Origin: Candidatus Coprovivens sp.
Lineage (GTDB): Bacteria > Bacillota_I > Bacilli_A > RF39 > UBA660
Length of the DNA stretch: 64,000 bases
Assembly (NCBI GenBank): GCA_051886175.1
Contig: JBJEXV010000051.1
Coordinates: 11,239 to 75,238, forward strand
Direction: 5' to 3'
Every line of letters begins with the position of its first letter. Position 1 is the first letter of the stretch. The position numbers and the translations under genes were made by a program. Below are positions 1 through 8,633 of this stretch, one piece after another. Below the pieces are notes generated by a model. That model was given only the letters and a program-made list of their open reading frames with translations. It was not told the origin of the DNA and searched no databases.

Positions 1-2
1 AA

Positions 3-233
3 GTTGAAAGAAATGTTTTGGGTAAAAAGAAGTGTACAGGTACTATTAACAGATGGATTAGAGAGTATATCCAGGAAGGCGAAGAAAATTGTTTTAAAAA
101 GAAAAAAGGTTTAAAAAAGATAACAGATAGTAATGTGAGATACGATATATTAAAAAAATTCAACGCCTTCCTGGAAAAAGAAATACATACAAATTCAAAT
201 TCATCGAAAAATTTAAAGAAAAATATTCAATAA
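3..233 (+). CDS. IS3-family transposase OrfA, 5'-truncated by the window edge
   Basis: The frame is open from the first base of the window (..VERNVLGKKKCTGTINRWIREYIQEGEE..). This is an HTH-like RWIxEY segment typical of IS3 OrfA. The ORF-track start at 18 is a TTG inside the open frame. Confidence 0.6.
   Translation, partial: VERNVLGKKKCTGTINRWIREYIQEGEENCFKKKKGLKKITDSNVRYDILKKFNAFLEKEIHTNSNSSKNLKKNIQ
152..158 (+). promoter_or_regulatory. Candidate -1 programmed ribosomal frameshift heptamer A AAA AAA (OrfA to OrfAB)
   Basis: In the orfA frame the codons read tta aaa aaa ttc. The -1 frame is open from 134 and runs into orfB (..IQRLPGKRNTYKFKFIEKFKEKYSIKLMCEELEISRDSYYKWLKR..). Confidence 0.6.
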
Positions 234-238
234 AACTA

Positions 239-1063
239 ATGTGCGAAGAACTGGAAATCTCAAGGGATTCCTATTATAAATGGTTAAAACGAAAAGACTC
301 TAAAAATAGATATGAAATTAATCATGATTCTTTAAAACCTTTGATACAGTATTATTACGATTTATCAAATAGTACTGCTGGTTACAGACAAATAAAAGAT
401 CAGTTACAAGAACATGAAGGGATAGTAATTTCATACTATATGGCTTATATATTGAAATGCAAAACTATGAAACTTAATGCAGTTAGAGAATCAAGTAAAA
501 ACAAAGGAAAATATAGAGTTACCACAAAAGATAATGAGCAAAAATATACATATCAAAACATAGCTGAAAACATAGAAATAGATGATATCGGCAAAGTAAT
601 ATCAACTGATACTACAGAAGTAAAATTAGAAAAAGATGGAAAACAAAATATTTCCTTCTTTATTGATGCCTATAGTTCAGAAATTTTAGTATCAGTTATT
701 GGTAAGTCATTAAGTAGTGATTTTATAGAATATAATTTAGATTTATTAAGTAAAAGTAATTATAATTTGAACAACGTTGTATTACATTCGGATCGCGGTA
801 GTATGTATAAAAGTGGGATATATAAAACAAAAACCGCTGAAATGAATCTAATTCCGAGTATGTCTGCACCTTACACTTGCACTCATAATCCTTGGATAGA
901 AACACTCAACGGTCAGTTCAAAGACTTCATCAAGAACAATTATCCCAAAAATCTTGATGAACTACAAATTGTATTAAACAAATTTGTATACTATAATAAT
1001 AACATAAAAATTAAAAAGAAACTAAAAACAACACCGACAAAGTATCGATGTTGTCATAGTTAA
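239..1063 (+). CDS. IS3-family transposase OrfB (integrase/rve catalytic domain)
   Basis: 274 aa. HTH_21-like EISRDSYYKWLKR at the N-terminus and a DDE core with HSDRGSMYKS and WIETLNGQFK. It lies in the -1 frame relative to orfA. Confidence 0.8.
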   Translation: MCEELEISRDSYYKWLKRKDSKNRYEINHDSLKPLIQYYYDLSNSTAGYRQIKDQLQEHEGIVISYYMAYILKCKTMKLNAVRESSKNKGKYRVTTKDNEQKYTYQNIAENIEIDDIGKVISTDTTEVKLEKDGKQNISFFIDAYSSEILVSVIGKSLSSDFIEYNLDLLSKSNYNLNNVVLHSDRGSMYKSGIYKTKTAEMNLIPSMSAPYTCTHNPWIETLNGQFKDFIKNNYPKNLDELQIVLNKFVYYNNNIKIKKKLKTTPTKYRCCHS

Positions 1064-1130
1064 GAACTTTTTATTTCGTGTATAAATTTATCAAGTCAGT
1101 TCTGTAATCTAGTTTTTTTATTTGCTTTAA

Positions 1131-3071
1131 TTAACCATATATAGCAGTTAATGGATTAGTTTCATTTGAATAATGTTCATCACTTTCAAATAAACCAATC
1201 AATGTTCCATAAGGAGTTCTACTTTCAAACTCAGTAAAGAAATTATTTTCAATAGTTTCTAATTCAACATCAGTAGGAGTAGTAGAAGCACTAGTATTAA
1301 TATTAGCCACATCACTAGTCCAATCAGTAGTTAACTTAACATCAGTTTTAAAATAACTCTTACCAGATTTAACTTCAAATGATAAATTATCTACATTCTT
1401 CTTTTCATCAGCTTTAGTAGAATAAGTTAAACTACCAGTTAAATTATCATATTCATTAAATAACTCAATATTTTCTAATAATATTTCATATTCTACAGTC
1501 TTACCATTAGTACCATTATCAGTTACTTTAAATGTTGCTATTTCAACATCTTCAGCTTTAACAGTAGACTTAGTAACATTACCATTTTTAATACCGTCTA
1601 TTCTAATAGTATTTTCAGTAGTTTCACCATTCCATGGTGCCTTACTATATATAAATACATTATAATTTCCATTTAAATTAGAATATTGAACTTTATATGA
1701 TTTATCATCACCTTGATTTAAAATTTCAATACCAGCAAAATCAGCAGTCTTACCATTAGTATAAACACTAATTTCAATACTTGAATTTCCAAGATATTCT
1801 TTATTTTCTTCTTTAGTAATATTTTCTAATTTTTCTTCAAGATTTTCATCTAATTCATTTAATTCTTCTTCAGTAGGACTTATTAATTTATTTCTTTCAA
1901 TTTTTACAAATATATCAAATAACTTTTCATCATCTAAAATACCTTTAGCAATATGTTTAATAGTAGCATTTAAGTTTTCATCAACAATCTTATAAGTATA
2001 TTTAGATGCTTTAATAGTTTCACCATTTACAGTAACACTTGAATCATCATTCTTACTTAAATACTTTTCATCTAAACTTTCTTTAATCATTGTAGATAAC
2101 TTTTCAACTAAATAAGTAGATTCATCAGCAGTTAAATTTTCTTGTGACATCTTGTCCCAATTAATAGAATCATCACCAACATATAATAAATTATCATTAG
2201 TAGAATATCTTCTATATTCTTTACCACCCTTAGCATATTTAAACATTGAATACTTAGTATCATACTTATCAACAATAGTTAAACCAGTTTCTGCTAACTT
2301 ACTAGTACTATCTAAACCAATCTTAGTAGTATAAGTATAACCAGCGAAATCTTTTATAGTTTCTATATTAGAATCAATTTCTAAATCAATTGTATAAGTT
2401 GTCTTATCATGAACAATTAATTCAATACCATTAGTTACTTCTTTACTTAATGTAGTAATAGTTGTATCAAATACATCCTTTGGTGTAGTTAAATATTTTT
2501 TTACCATTGGTATAATTACAAACCAAGCTAATAAACCTAAACCAACTAATACAAGTAATACAATAAAAGCAACCAATCCTTTTTTAGATTTCTTTTTTTC
2601 AATAGGTTGACCAGTAGCAACAAAACCAACTTGATCTCCAAGTGGAACACTAGGAGCAAAAGTACCATTATCAACTGGTGCGGTTAAACTTTGATTTAAA
2701 TCTACAGTTGGATTTGCAATTATTGGAGCAGGTTGTGGAATACTTTGCATTTCTGGTGCCGGAGCACTAGGAGTAGCAATTGCTGTTCCAAAACCTCCTT
2801 CATTACTAATTGGAGTAGCTTGTACTGATGCTGGAGTAACTGCAGGAACTGGTTCTTGCAAAGGTTGAACAGCTGGTTGTACAGTTTGAGCAACTGACAC
2901 TGCTACAGGTTCTTGAATTACTGGTTCAATAGCAGATGCAGGAGTTGGCGCTGGTACTGGTGCTGGTGCCGGAGTAGGTGCAGGTGCTGCATTTGGTACC
3001 GGAACTACAGGCGTTGCAGTTTGATTATTAACAACTGGTGTTTGAACACCATTAATATTTTCTTCATTCAT
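1131..3071 (-). CDS. Membrane-anchored protein: Pro/Ala/Val-rich cytoplasmic N-terminus, one TM, large extracytoplasmic domain of unknown function
   Basis: 646 aa long ORF. GAGGGA RBS upstream of the ATG at 3071. Low-complexity APAPTPAPAPVPAPTP region, a KKKSKK stop-transfer, then the TM segment GLVAFIVLLVLVGLGLLAWFVIIP. Confidence 0.65.
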   Translation of the reverse strand: MNEENINGVQTPVVNNQTATPVVPVPNAAPAPTPAPAPVPAPTPASAIEPVIQEPVAVSVAQTVQPAVQPLQEPVPAVTPASVQATPISNEGGFGTAIATPSAPAPEMQSIPQPAPIIANPTVDLNQSLTAPVDNGTFAPSVPLGDQVGFVATGQPIEKKKSKKGLVAFIVLLVLVGLGLLAWFVIIPMVKKYLTTPKDVFDTTITTLSKEVTNGIELIVHDKTTYTIDLEIDSNIETIKDFAGYTYTTKIGLDSTSKLAETGLTIVDKYDTKYSMFKYAKGGKEYRRYSTNDNLLYVGDDSINWDKMSQENLTADESTYLVEKLSTMIKESLDEKYLSKNDDSSVTVNGETIKASKYTYKIVDENLNATIKHIAKGILDDEKLFDIFVKIERNKLISPTEEELNELDENLEEKLENITKEENKEYLGNSSIEISVYTNGKTADFAGIEILNQGDDKSYKVQYSNLNGNYNVFIYSKAPWNGETTENTIRIDGIKNGNVTKSTVKAEDVEIATFKVTDNGTNGKTVEYEILLENIELFNEYDNLTGSLTYSTKADEKKNVDNLSFEVKSGKSYFKTDVKLTTDWTSDVANINTSASTTPTDVELETIENNFFTEFESRTPYGTLIGLFESDEHYSNETNPLTAIYG

Positions 3072-3137
3072 AAATAATCCCTCTATTCTTAAAAATTATA
3101 CCATATAATGACTAAAAAAAATATACTAAAAAAAGGC

Positions 3138-4277
3138 TTAATAGCCCCTAACATATTTAAAAAAGAATTTCTTATACAAAGACCAAAAACTTTGTTTCTC
3201 AACACTTACATTACTAACTAAATCCACTGTTTTAACTATCTTACCATCATTATCTAAAACTTCAATATTACCAATTATATCTCCCTTACTTATTGGTGCT
3301 TTAACATCTAATTTATTAATTTTATAATTATATTCCTTAGATTCATTCTTCTTAATTAAATCATTAACATCTTCACTTACTACCATTGGTATTTTACTTT
3401 TAACTCCCTTATGTACTTTTACTTCATCAACTATATCATCTTTCTTCAATATATTATTTATCTTATAAGTATTAAAACCATAATTTAATAGAGTAGTAGT
3501 ATCATAACTTCTATGTTCGCTAGTATCTACTCCCATAACTACACTAATAAATCTAATATTATTCTTAGTACCAGTAGCAGTTAAACAATACTTAGCACTA
3601 CTAGTATAACCAGTCTTAAGTCCATCAACACCTTCATAAAACCTAACTAACTTATTAGTATTAACTAACCATATTTTAGAACCATCAGGTTTAACTAAAT
3701 AATCTTCATATAAAGATGTATAATCCAGTATCTTAGGATGCTTAAGTAACTCTCTTGCGATTTGTGCCATATCATAACTAGAAGAATAGTGATCAGGATC
3801 ATCTAATCCATGAACATTAACAAAATGCGTATCAGTTAAACCCAATTCAATAACTTTATCATTCATCATCTTAACAAACTCATCTGTAGTACCAGCAATA
3901 AACTCTGCCATTGCAACAGCCGCATCATTCCCGCTAGCAATTGCAATTCCTTTAATTAATTCTTCAACTTTTATCTCTGTATTTTCTTGTAAAAACAACT
4001 GACTTCCTCCCATACTAGAAGAATTCTTACTAATTGGTACCATATCATCTAACTTAAACTGACCATTATCATAAGCTTCCATAATTAATAACAATGTCAT
4101 CATCTTTGTCATCGAAGCCGGTGCCATTTGTTCTCTTGAATTATTTTCATATAAAATCTTATTAGTAGTAGGTTCAATTAAAATAGCCGACTTCGCATAC
4201 TTGACTAACTCTTCAGCGTTAACAACACTACAAAAATACAAAAAACTTAATAAACCAAACAAAAATTTCTTAAACAT
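3138..4277 (-). CDS. Serine-type D-alanyl-D-alanine carboxypeptidase (low-MW PBP, DacA/DacF type)
   Basis: SxxK (ASMTKMMT), SGN (IASGNDAA) and KTG (GLKTGYT) motifs plus a signal peptide. I moved the start to ATG 4277, which has an AAAGGTGA RBS; the ORF track starts at 4295. Confidence 0.9.
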   Translation of the reverse strand: MFKKFLFGLLSFLYFCSVVNAEELVKYAKSAILIEPTTNKILYENNSREQMAPASMTKMMTLLLIMEAYDNGQFKLDDMVPISKNSSSMGGSQLFLQENTEIKVEELIKGIAIASGNDAAVAMAEFIAGTTDEFVKMMNDKVIELGLTDTHFVNVHGLDDPDHYSSSYDMAQIARELLKHPKILDYTSLYEDYLVKPDGSKIWLVNTNKLVRFYEGVDGLKTGYTSSAKYCLTATGTKNNIRFISVVMGVDTSEHRSYDTTTLLNYGFNTYKINNILKKDDIVDEVKVHKGVKSKIPMVVSEDVNDLIKKNESKEYNYKINKLDVKAPISKGDIIGNIEVLDNDGKIVKTVDLVSNVSVEKQSFWSLYKKFFFKYVRGY

Positions 4278-4341
4278 ACAATTCACCTTTACCAAAAAAT
4301 ATGTTGCAAAAACAAAAATATTACTATATTATTGAATTATA

Positions 4342-4350
4342 TGATATAAT
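4342..4350 (+). promoter_or_regulatory. Extended -10 promoter element TGATATAAT
   Basis: TGnTATAAT lies 26 nt upstream of ATG 4376. The 17-mer tgatataatacataata recurs at 6753-6769. Confidence 0.5.
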
Positions 4351-4375
4351 ACATAATATAGACGGAGGTATGAAT

Positions 4376-4657
4376 ATGGAAGAAAAATTTTTACCAGTAG
4401 GAACTGTAGTACTTCTACAAAATGGAACTAAGAGAGTAATGATTAATGGATTCTGCTCAATTGATTCAGAAGATCCAAATACTGTATATGACTACTCAGG
4501 TGTTCTATTCCCAGAAGGATCTTTAAGTTCAGACCAAACTTTATTATTTAATCATGATCAAATTGTAAGAATAGATCATATGGGGTTGATTGATGATGAA
4601 GAAACTGAATTCAAAGCTAAATTAGCAGAAATCTTAGCTGCTGAAGCACAACAATAA
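4376..4657 (+). CDS. DUF4176-family protein (family usually associated with type VII secretion loci)
   Basis: MEEKFLPVGTVVLL..G.KRVMINGF..VYDYSGVLFPEG...LLFNHDQIVRIDHMG matches my recollection of the DUF4176 consensus. GGAGG at 4364-4368 favours ATG 4376 over the ORF-track start 4301. Confidence 0.75.
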   Translation: MEEKFLPVGTVVLLQNGTKRVMINGFCSIDSEDPNTVYDYSGVLFPEGSLSSDQTLLFNHDQIVRIDHMGLIDDEETEFKAKLAEILAAEAQQ

Positions 4658-4666
4658 TATTAAAAA

Positions 4667-4696
4667 AAAGTTTTTTTGCGAGAAAAAACTTTTTTA
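4667..4696 (+). terminator. Rho-independent terminator
   Basis: AAAGTTTTTT / AAAAAACTTT stem around a GCGAG loop, followed by a T-run. Confidence 0.6.
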
Positions 4697-4698
4697 AT

Positions 4699-4727
4699 TT
4701 GACAAAATGATTTAAATCATTTATATT
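4699..4727 (+). promoter_or_regulatory. Sigma-A type promoter of the proS leader (TTGACA-17 nt-TATATT)
   Basis: TTGACA at 4699-4704 and TATATT at 4722-4727 with a 17-nt spacer. Confidence 0.7.
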
Positions 4728-4734
4728 ACTTACA

Positions 4735-4932
4735 ACACGTTGATTGGGACACAATATATTATTCCCTTAAGAATAGTGAGTTTAGGATAGTGGAAACTAA
4801 ACCTTAATAATTTTATATTCCTACCCATAAGTGAGATTAATAGTCTCCGGAATTATATTCCGTTATCATAAATAAGTTAATTAAAGGATGGTACCGTGCA
4901 TCTGCACTCCTTATGTACCATCCTTTTTTATT
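4735..4932 (+). promoter_or_regulatory. T-box leader (tRNA-sensing riboswitch) controlling proS
   Basis: Conserved T-box sequence AAAGGATGGTACCGTG at 4883-4898. The terminator arm GGATGGTAC (4886-4894) pairs with GTACCATCC (4915-4923) and is followed by T6. AGTGA-type GA motifs lie upstream. The candidate Pro specifier CCU at 4820-4822 is tentative. Confidence 0.85.
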
Positions 4933-5010
4933 TTTAAGGAAGTGATTTTATGTATATTAAACGACCCAGTAATCAATTTATATATAAAAAAAGATTAGGA
5001 GGAGAAAGTT

Positions 5011-6708
5011 ATGAGAATTAGTAAAAGTTATTTTTATACATTACGTGAAGATGCTAAAGACGAAGAAAGTAGAAGTGGTAATCTTTTAGTACGTAGTGGA
5101 ATGATTAAAAAAGTTGGTACAGGTATTTATATGTACATGCCAATGGGATTAAGAACATTTGATAAAGTTAAAAGAATTATAAAAGAAGAAATGGATAGAG
5201 CAGGAGCACAAGAATTAGTAATGCCAAGCATGATTCCAAGTGAATACTATGAAAAATGTGGACGTGTTGAAGCATTTGGTGCTAGTATGTTCAATTTTAA
5301 AGATAGATATGGTAAACCACATGTTTTAGGGCCAACACACGAAGAATTATTTACAATTGCTGCTAAAACAATGGTAAAAAGTTATAAAGACTTACCATTC
5401 AATCTATATCAACAAGCAGAGAAATTTAGAGATGAACCAAGACCAAGATATGGTTTAATTCGTGTAAGAGAATTCGTTATGAAAGATGCTTACTCATTTG
5501 ATAGAGATGAAGCAGGACTTGATGTATCATATCAAATAATGAAAGATGCATATTGTAAAATATATGATCGTTTAGGAATTGATTACAAAATAGTTAAAGC
5601 TGACTGTGGAGCAATGGGAGGAACACTTTCTGAAGAATACCAAGCTATTACAGATATTGGTGAAGATACAATCGTATTATGTGATAGTTGCGATTTCTCA
5701 TCTAACTTAGAAATCGCTGAAACTATTGTTAAAGATGCTGAAGATGAAAAAGAACTAGAATTAGAAATGGTTCATACACCACATCAAGAAACAATTGAAG
5801 ATGTATGTAACTTCCTTAATATAGATGTTAAAAAATCAGTAAAAGCATTATTAATGAATGCTAATGGAGAATTAGTTATATTATTCATAAGAGGAGATAG
5901 AGAGCTTTGTGAAAATAAAGTATGTAAACTTCTAGGAATAAATGAACTAAACTTTGCTGATGATGCTTTAATAGCAACATCTAATGCTGTACCAGGTTAT
6001 ACTGGACCAGTTAACTTAAATGCTAAAGTAGTTGTTGATAACGAAGTATTAAAAATGAAAAACTTCTGTTGTGGAGCCAACAAAGAAGAATACCATTATA
6101 TTAACGCTAACGTTAAAGATATTAACTATGATATAGCAGGAGATATAGTTAACGTACAAGAAGGAGATACATGTCCTCATTGTGGTGGCAAACTATACTT
6201 CAAAAAAGGTATTGAAATTGGTAACTTATTTAAATTAGGAACTAAATATGCTGAGAAACTTGGACTTACATACCTAGATGAAAACAACCAAGAACAAGTA
6301 GTTGTTATGGGTTGCTATGGTATCGGACCAGGAAGAGTATTAGCTAGTTTAATTGAACAAAACAACGATGAAAATGGACTTATTCTACCAATGAATATTG
6401 CTCCATATCAAATTGCATTAGTTCAAATAGATGTTAAAAATGAAGCACAAACTAAGATAGCTAATGAATTATATGAAAAATTAACTGCTGCTGGAATAGA
6501 AGTAATATTCGATGATAGAGATGAAAGACCAGGAGTTAAATTCAAAGATATGGAACTTATTGGAATCCCAGCTCGTATTGTAGTAGGTAAAAAGATTGCT
6601 GATAACCTAGTAGAATTCAAAGAAAGAGCTACTGGAAACCAAGAAGAAATAGCTATTGATGAAGTAGTATATAAAATAACTAAATATGTAAAAGATAACT
6701 TAAAATAA
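5011..6708 (+). CDS. proS: Proline--tRNA ligase (bacterial type with inserted editing domain)
   Basis: 565 aa. The N-terminus MRISKSYFYTLREDAKDEESRSGNLLVRSGMIKK, the class II motifs (FRDEPRPRYGLIRVREFVMKDAYSF; GCYGIGPGRV) and the C-terminal anticodon-binding domain are all present. GGAGGAG RBS. Confidence 0.97.
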   Translation: MRISKSYFYTLREDAKDEESRSGNLLVRSGMIKKVGTGIYMYMPMGLRTFDKVKRIIKEEMDRAGAQELVMPSMIPSEYYEKCGRVEAFGASMFNFKDRYGKPHVLGPTHEELFTIAAKTMVKSYKDLPFNLYQQAEKFRDEPRPRYGLIRVREFVMKDAYSFDRDEAGLDVSYQIMKDAYCKIYDRLGIDYKIVKADCGAMGGTLSEEYQAITDIGEDTIVLCDSCDFSSNLEIAETIVKDAEDEKELELEMVHTPHQETIEDVCNFLNIDVKKSVKALLMNANGELVILFIRGDRELCENKVCKLLGINELNFADDALIATSNAVPGYTGPVNLNAKVVVDNEVLKMKNFCCGANKEEYHYINANVKDINYDIAGDIVNVQEGDTCPHCGGKLYFKKGIEIGNLFKLGTKYAEKLGLTYLDENNQEQVVVMGCYGIGPGRVLASLIEQNNDENGLILPMNIAPYQIALVQIDVKNEAQTKIANELYEKLTAAGIEVIFDDRDERPGVKFKDMELIGIPARIVVGKKIADNLVEFKERATGNQEEIAIDEVVYKITKYVKDNLK

Positions 6709-6720
6709 GTTATCTTTTTT
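6694..6720 (+). terminator. Rho-independent terminator of proS
   Basis: GATAACTT / AAGTTATC stem around the stop codon, followed by T6. Confidence 0.7.
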
Positions 6721-6752
6721 GTTACATAACTATTAAAAATAATTCTAATATT

Positions 6753-6761
6753 TGATATAAT
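6753..6761 (+). promoter_or_regulatory. Extended -10 promoter element TGATATAAT
   Basis: It sits directly downstream of the proS terminator. Its leader is identical to the one at 4342-4358. Confidence 0.5.
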
Positions 6762-6770
6762 ACATAATAG

Positions 6771-8633
6771 GTGATAGTAGTGAATTATTTAGATAGAAAA
6801 TTATATCTTTATTTCATTAACAACGAAGACCAACTTACATATAATGAGATAGAACAATTATTTATTGATCAAGAAAGAAGTATCAATGAAGCTAAACAAA
6901 AAATAAAAAAATCTATAAAGAAAATGCGTAAAGAATTAAAAAAATATAACGTATGTTCTTTAAGTGCGAAAAATTTACCTGAAATACAATCAATTTATAA
7001 AGAATATAATCTATCAGATGAAGAGAAAAAAACACTACATAACATAATTACTAAACTATCAGAAATACATAATATAGATTTAACTGAACAAGAAGAACCA
7101 AAAGAACTAACAGAAGAAGAAATCTTTTATTCATTCTGTTCATATTACATAAATGATATAGAATCTATTGATACATACAATGACTTACTATCATTATCAA
7201 AACAATATAATTTTAACTTCAATGAAATGCAAGCAAGTGCTATAGATTTCATTGAAAAGTTAAAAATATCACTAGAAAAATATAAACTAACTATATCTTA
7301 TGAATCATTTAATACATTATTAACTAAATACAAAAAAGAAAAGAAAAACTATACAGATAACAAAAAAGCAGAAATACTAAAACTATTAGCTTCATTATCT
7401 AAAATATATAACATCAACTTACGTGAAGAACTAACTACACCAAATAATATAATTAATGCAGTTAATAAAAAAGAATCTATAAATCCATTACATAACAATG
7501 ATTTTATAAAAAAACTATTACAATCACGTTATGACAATGGAACATTTGAAATACAATCATTCTACTCAAAAGAAGATATTAAACCAAATGATTTAGAAAA
7601 TTACGACAATACAAAAGAACATGCCAACCTTACATATAAACTAATTGCAATGTTCTACGACAAAATAACTAACTATGCTGAACAAGACCTAAATGAATTT
7701 TTCTTATCACTTATTAGTGAAGACGATTATAGTAGAATGAGTGAACTTACATCAAAAGATATCTTTACATTCATAATGGCAATGAACAACCACATCGATA
7801 AAGAATCAATATGTAACAAACTATCTATATCTAACTCCTTATATAACTTTATATTTATGGCATTAGATACTACTAACATATATAATGAATCAATTGGTCT
7901 TACTAACAATAATATATTTAAAACAGAAGATTACCAACCAAGTTACATAATCTATCTAAATACACCTAATGCAAAATGTACGGGTGAATTCCTATCAGAA
8001 TACATAACTAAATGTATTGATCACAATATAGATTATTACTTAAAAGGATTAAATATAAATGGTAACAATAAAGATAGAACAATAATCTATTCTAAATTAG
8101 AAGACTATAATACAAAAATAAACATAATAGATACAATACTTAATGAACATTCAGAATGGTCTAATAAATTTGGAACACCAATTCCATTTATAAAACCATC
8201 AGTAGAATCATTATATTCAATATCAGATTATATAACTGATGAAATAACATTCATTGATTACTTCAATGATCTATGTGAAGTATCTTACTATCGTGTATTA
8301 GCTAAATTATTATTAAATAAATTAGATAACGATAACGAACTAACTATAATAAATAGTATTATTAATTTAAATAATATAGTTCCAAAAGAACTACCATCTA
8401 AAACAATATATAACGCTTATACATTTGATGAAATAAAAGATACAATTAATAGATACATACCAGATATAATAAATACAATAAGATTATATATTGAAGAAGA
8501 AACTAACATAGAAGACTTTATCAAAGAATTTACTAAATCTCTTCAATACTTACATAACATAGTTAACAAGAAAGATAAAAAAGATATAAATAATATCATA
8601 TTTAGTGGTGAAAAAAATGAAAAAGAAGTTTAA
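6771..8633 (+). CDS. Hypothetical cytoplasmic protein (620 aa) with an internal duplicated helical segment
   Basis: Long ORF with no TM segment. There is no ATG near the 5' end, so the likely start is GTG at 6771 or 6780, after AGGTGA at 6769-6774. I recognise no catalytic motif. Confidence 0.65.
   Translation: MIVVNYLDRKLYLYFINNEDQLTYNEIEQLFIDQERSINEAKQKIKKSIKKMRKELKKYNVCSLSAKNLPEIQSIYKEYNLSDEEKKTLHNIITKLSEIHNIDLTEQEEPKELTEEEIFYSFCSYYINDIESIDTYNDLLSLSKQYNFNFNEMQASAIDFIEKLKISLEKYKLTISYESFNTLLTKYKKEKKNYTDNKKAEILKLLASLSKIYNINLREELTTPNNIINAVNKKESINPLHNNDFIKKLLQSRYDNGTFEIQSFYSKEDIKPNDLENYDNTKEHANLTYKLIAMFYDKITNYAEQDLNEFFLSLISEDDYSRMSELTSKDIFTFIMAMNNHIDKESICNKLSISNSLYNFIFMALDTTNIYNESIGLTNNNIFKTEDYQPSYIIYLNTPNAKCTGEFLSEYITKCIDHNIDYYLKGLNINGNNKDRTIIYSKLEDYNTKINIIDTILNEHSEWSNKFGTPIPFIKPSVESLYSISDYITDEITFIDYFNDLCEVSYYRVLAKLLLNKLDNDNELTIINSIINLNNIVPKELPSKTIYNAYTFDEIKDTINRYIPDIINTIRLYIEEETNIEDFIKEFTKSLQYLHNIVNKKDKKDINNIIFSGEKNEKEV

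Larger units (their letters stand above)
1..1100 (+). mobile_element. IS3-family insertion sequence; left part lies outside the window and the right boundary is approximate
   Basis: orfA and orfB lie in 0/-1 frames and overlap over 134-233, with an A7 slippery run at 152-158. OrfB has an rve-type DDE core (STDTTE, HSDRGSMYKS, ETLNGQFK). Terminal inverted repeats cannot be defined without the left end. Confidence 0.75.

Noticed and set aside
4301-4375. N-terminal extension of the DUF4176 ORF, and similar upstream extensions at 8605, 21953, 27187, 28003, 28979, 32359, 36561, 37627, 50483, 50997, 51814, 54384, 55255 and 62031
   Set aside because: In each case the extension overlaps the promoter or -10 element or the RBS itself, and a well-spaced (A)GGAGG or AGGTGAT RBS precedes an internal ATG. 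I used the internal starts.
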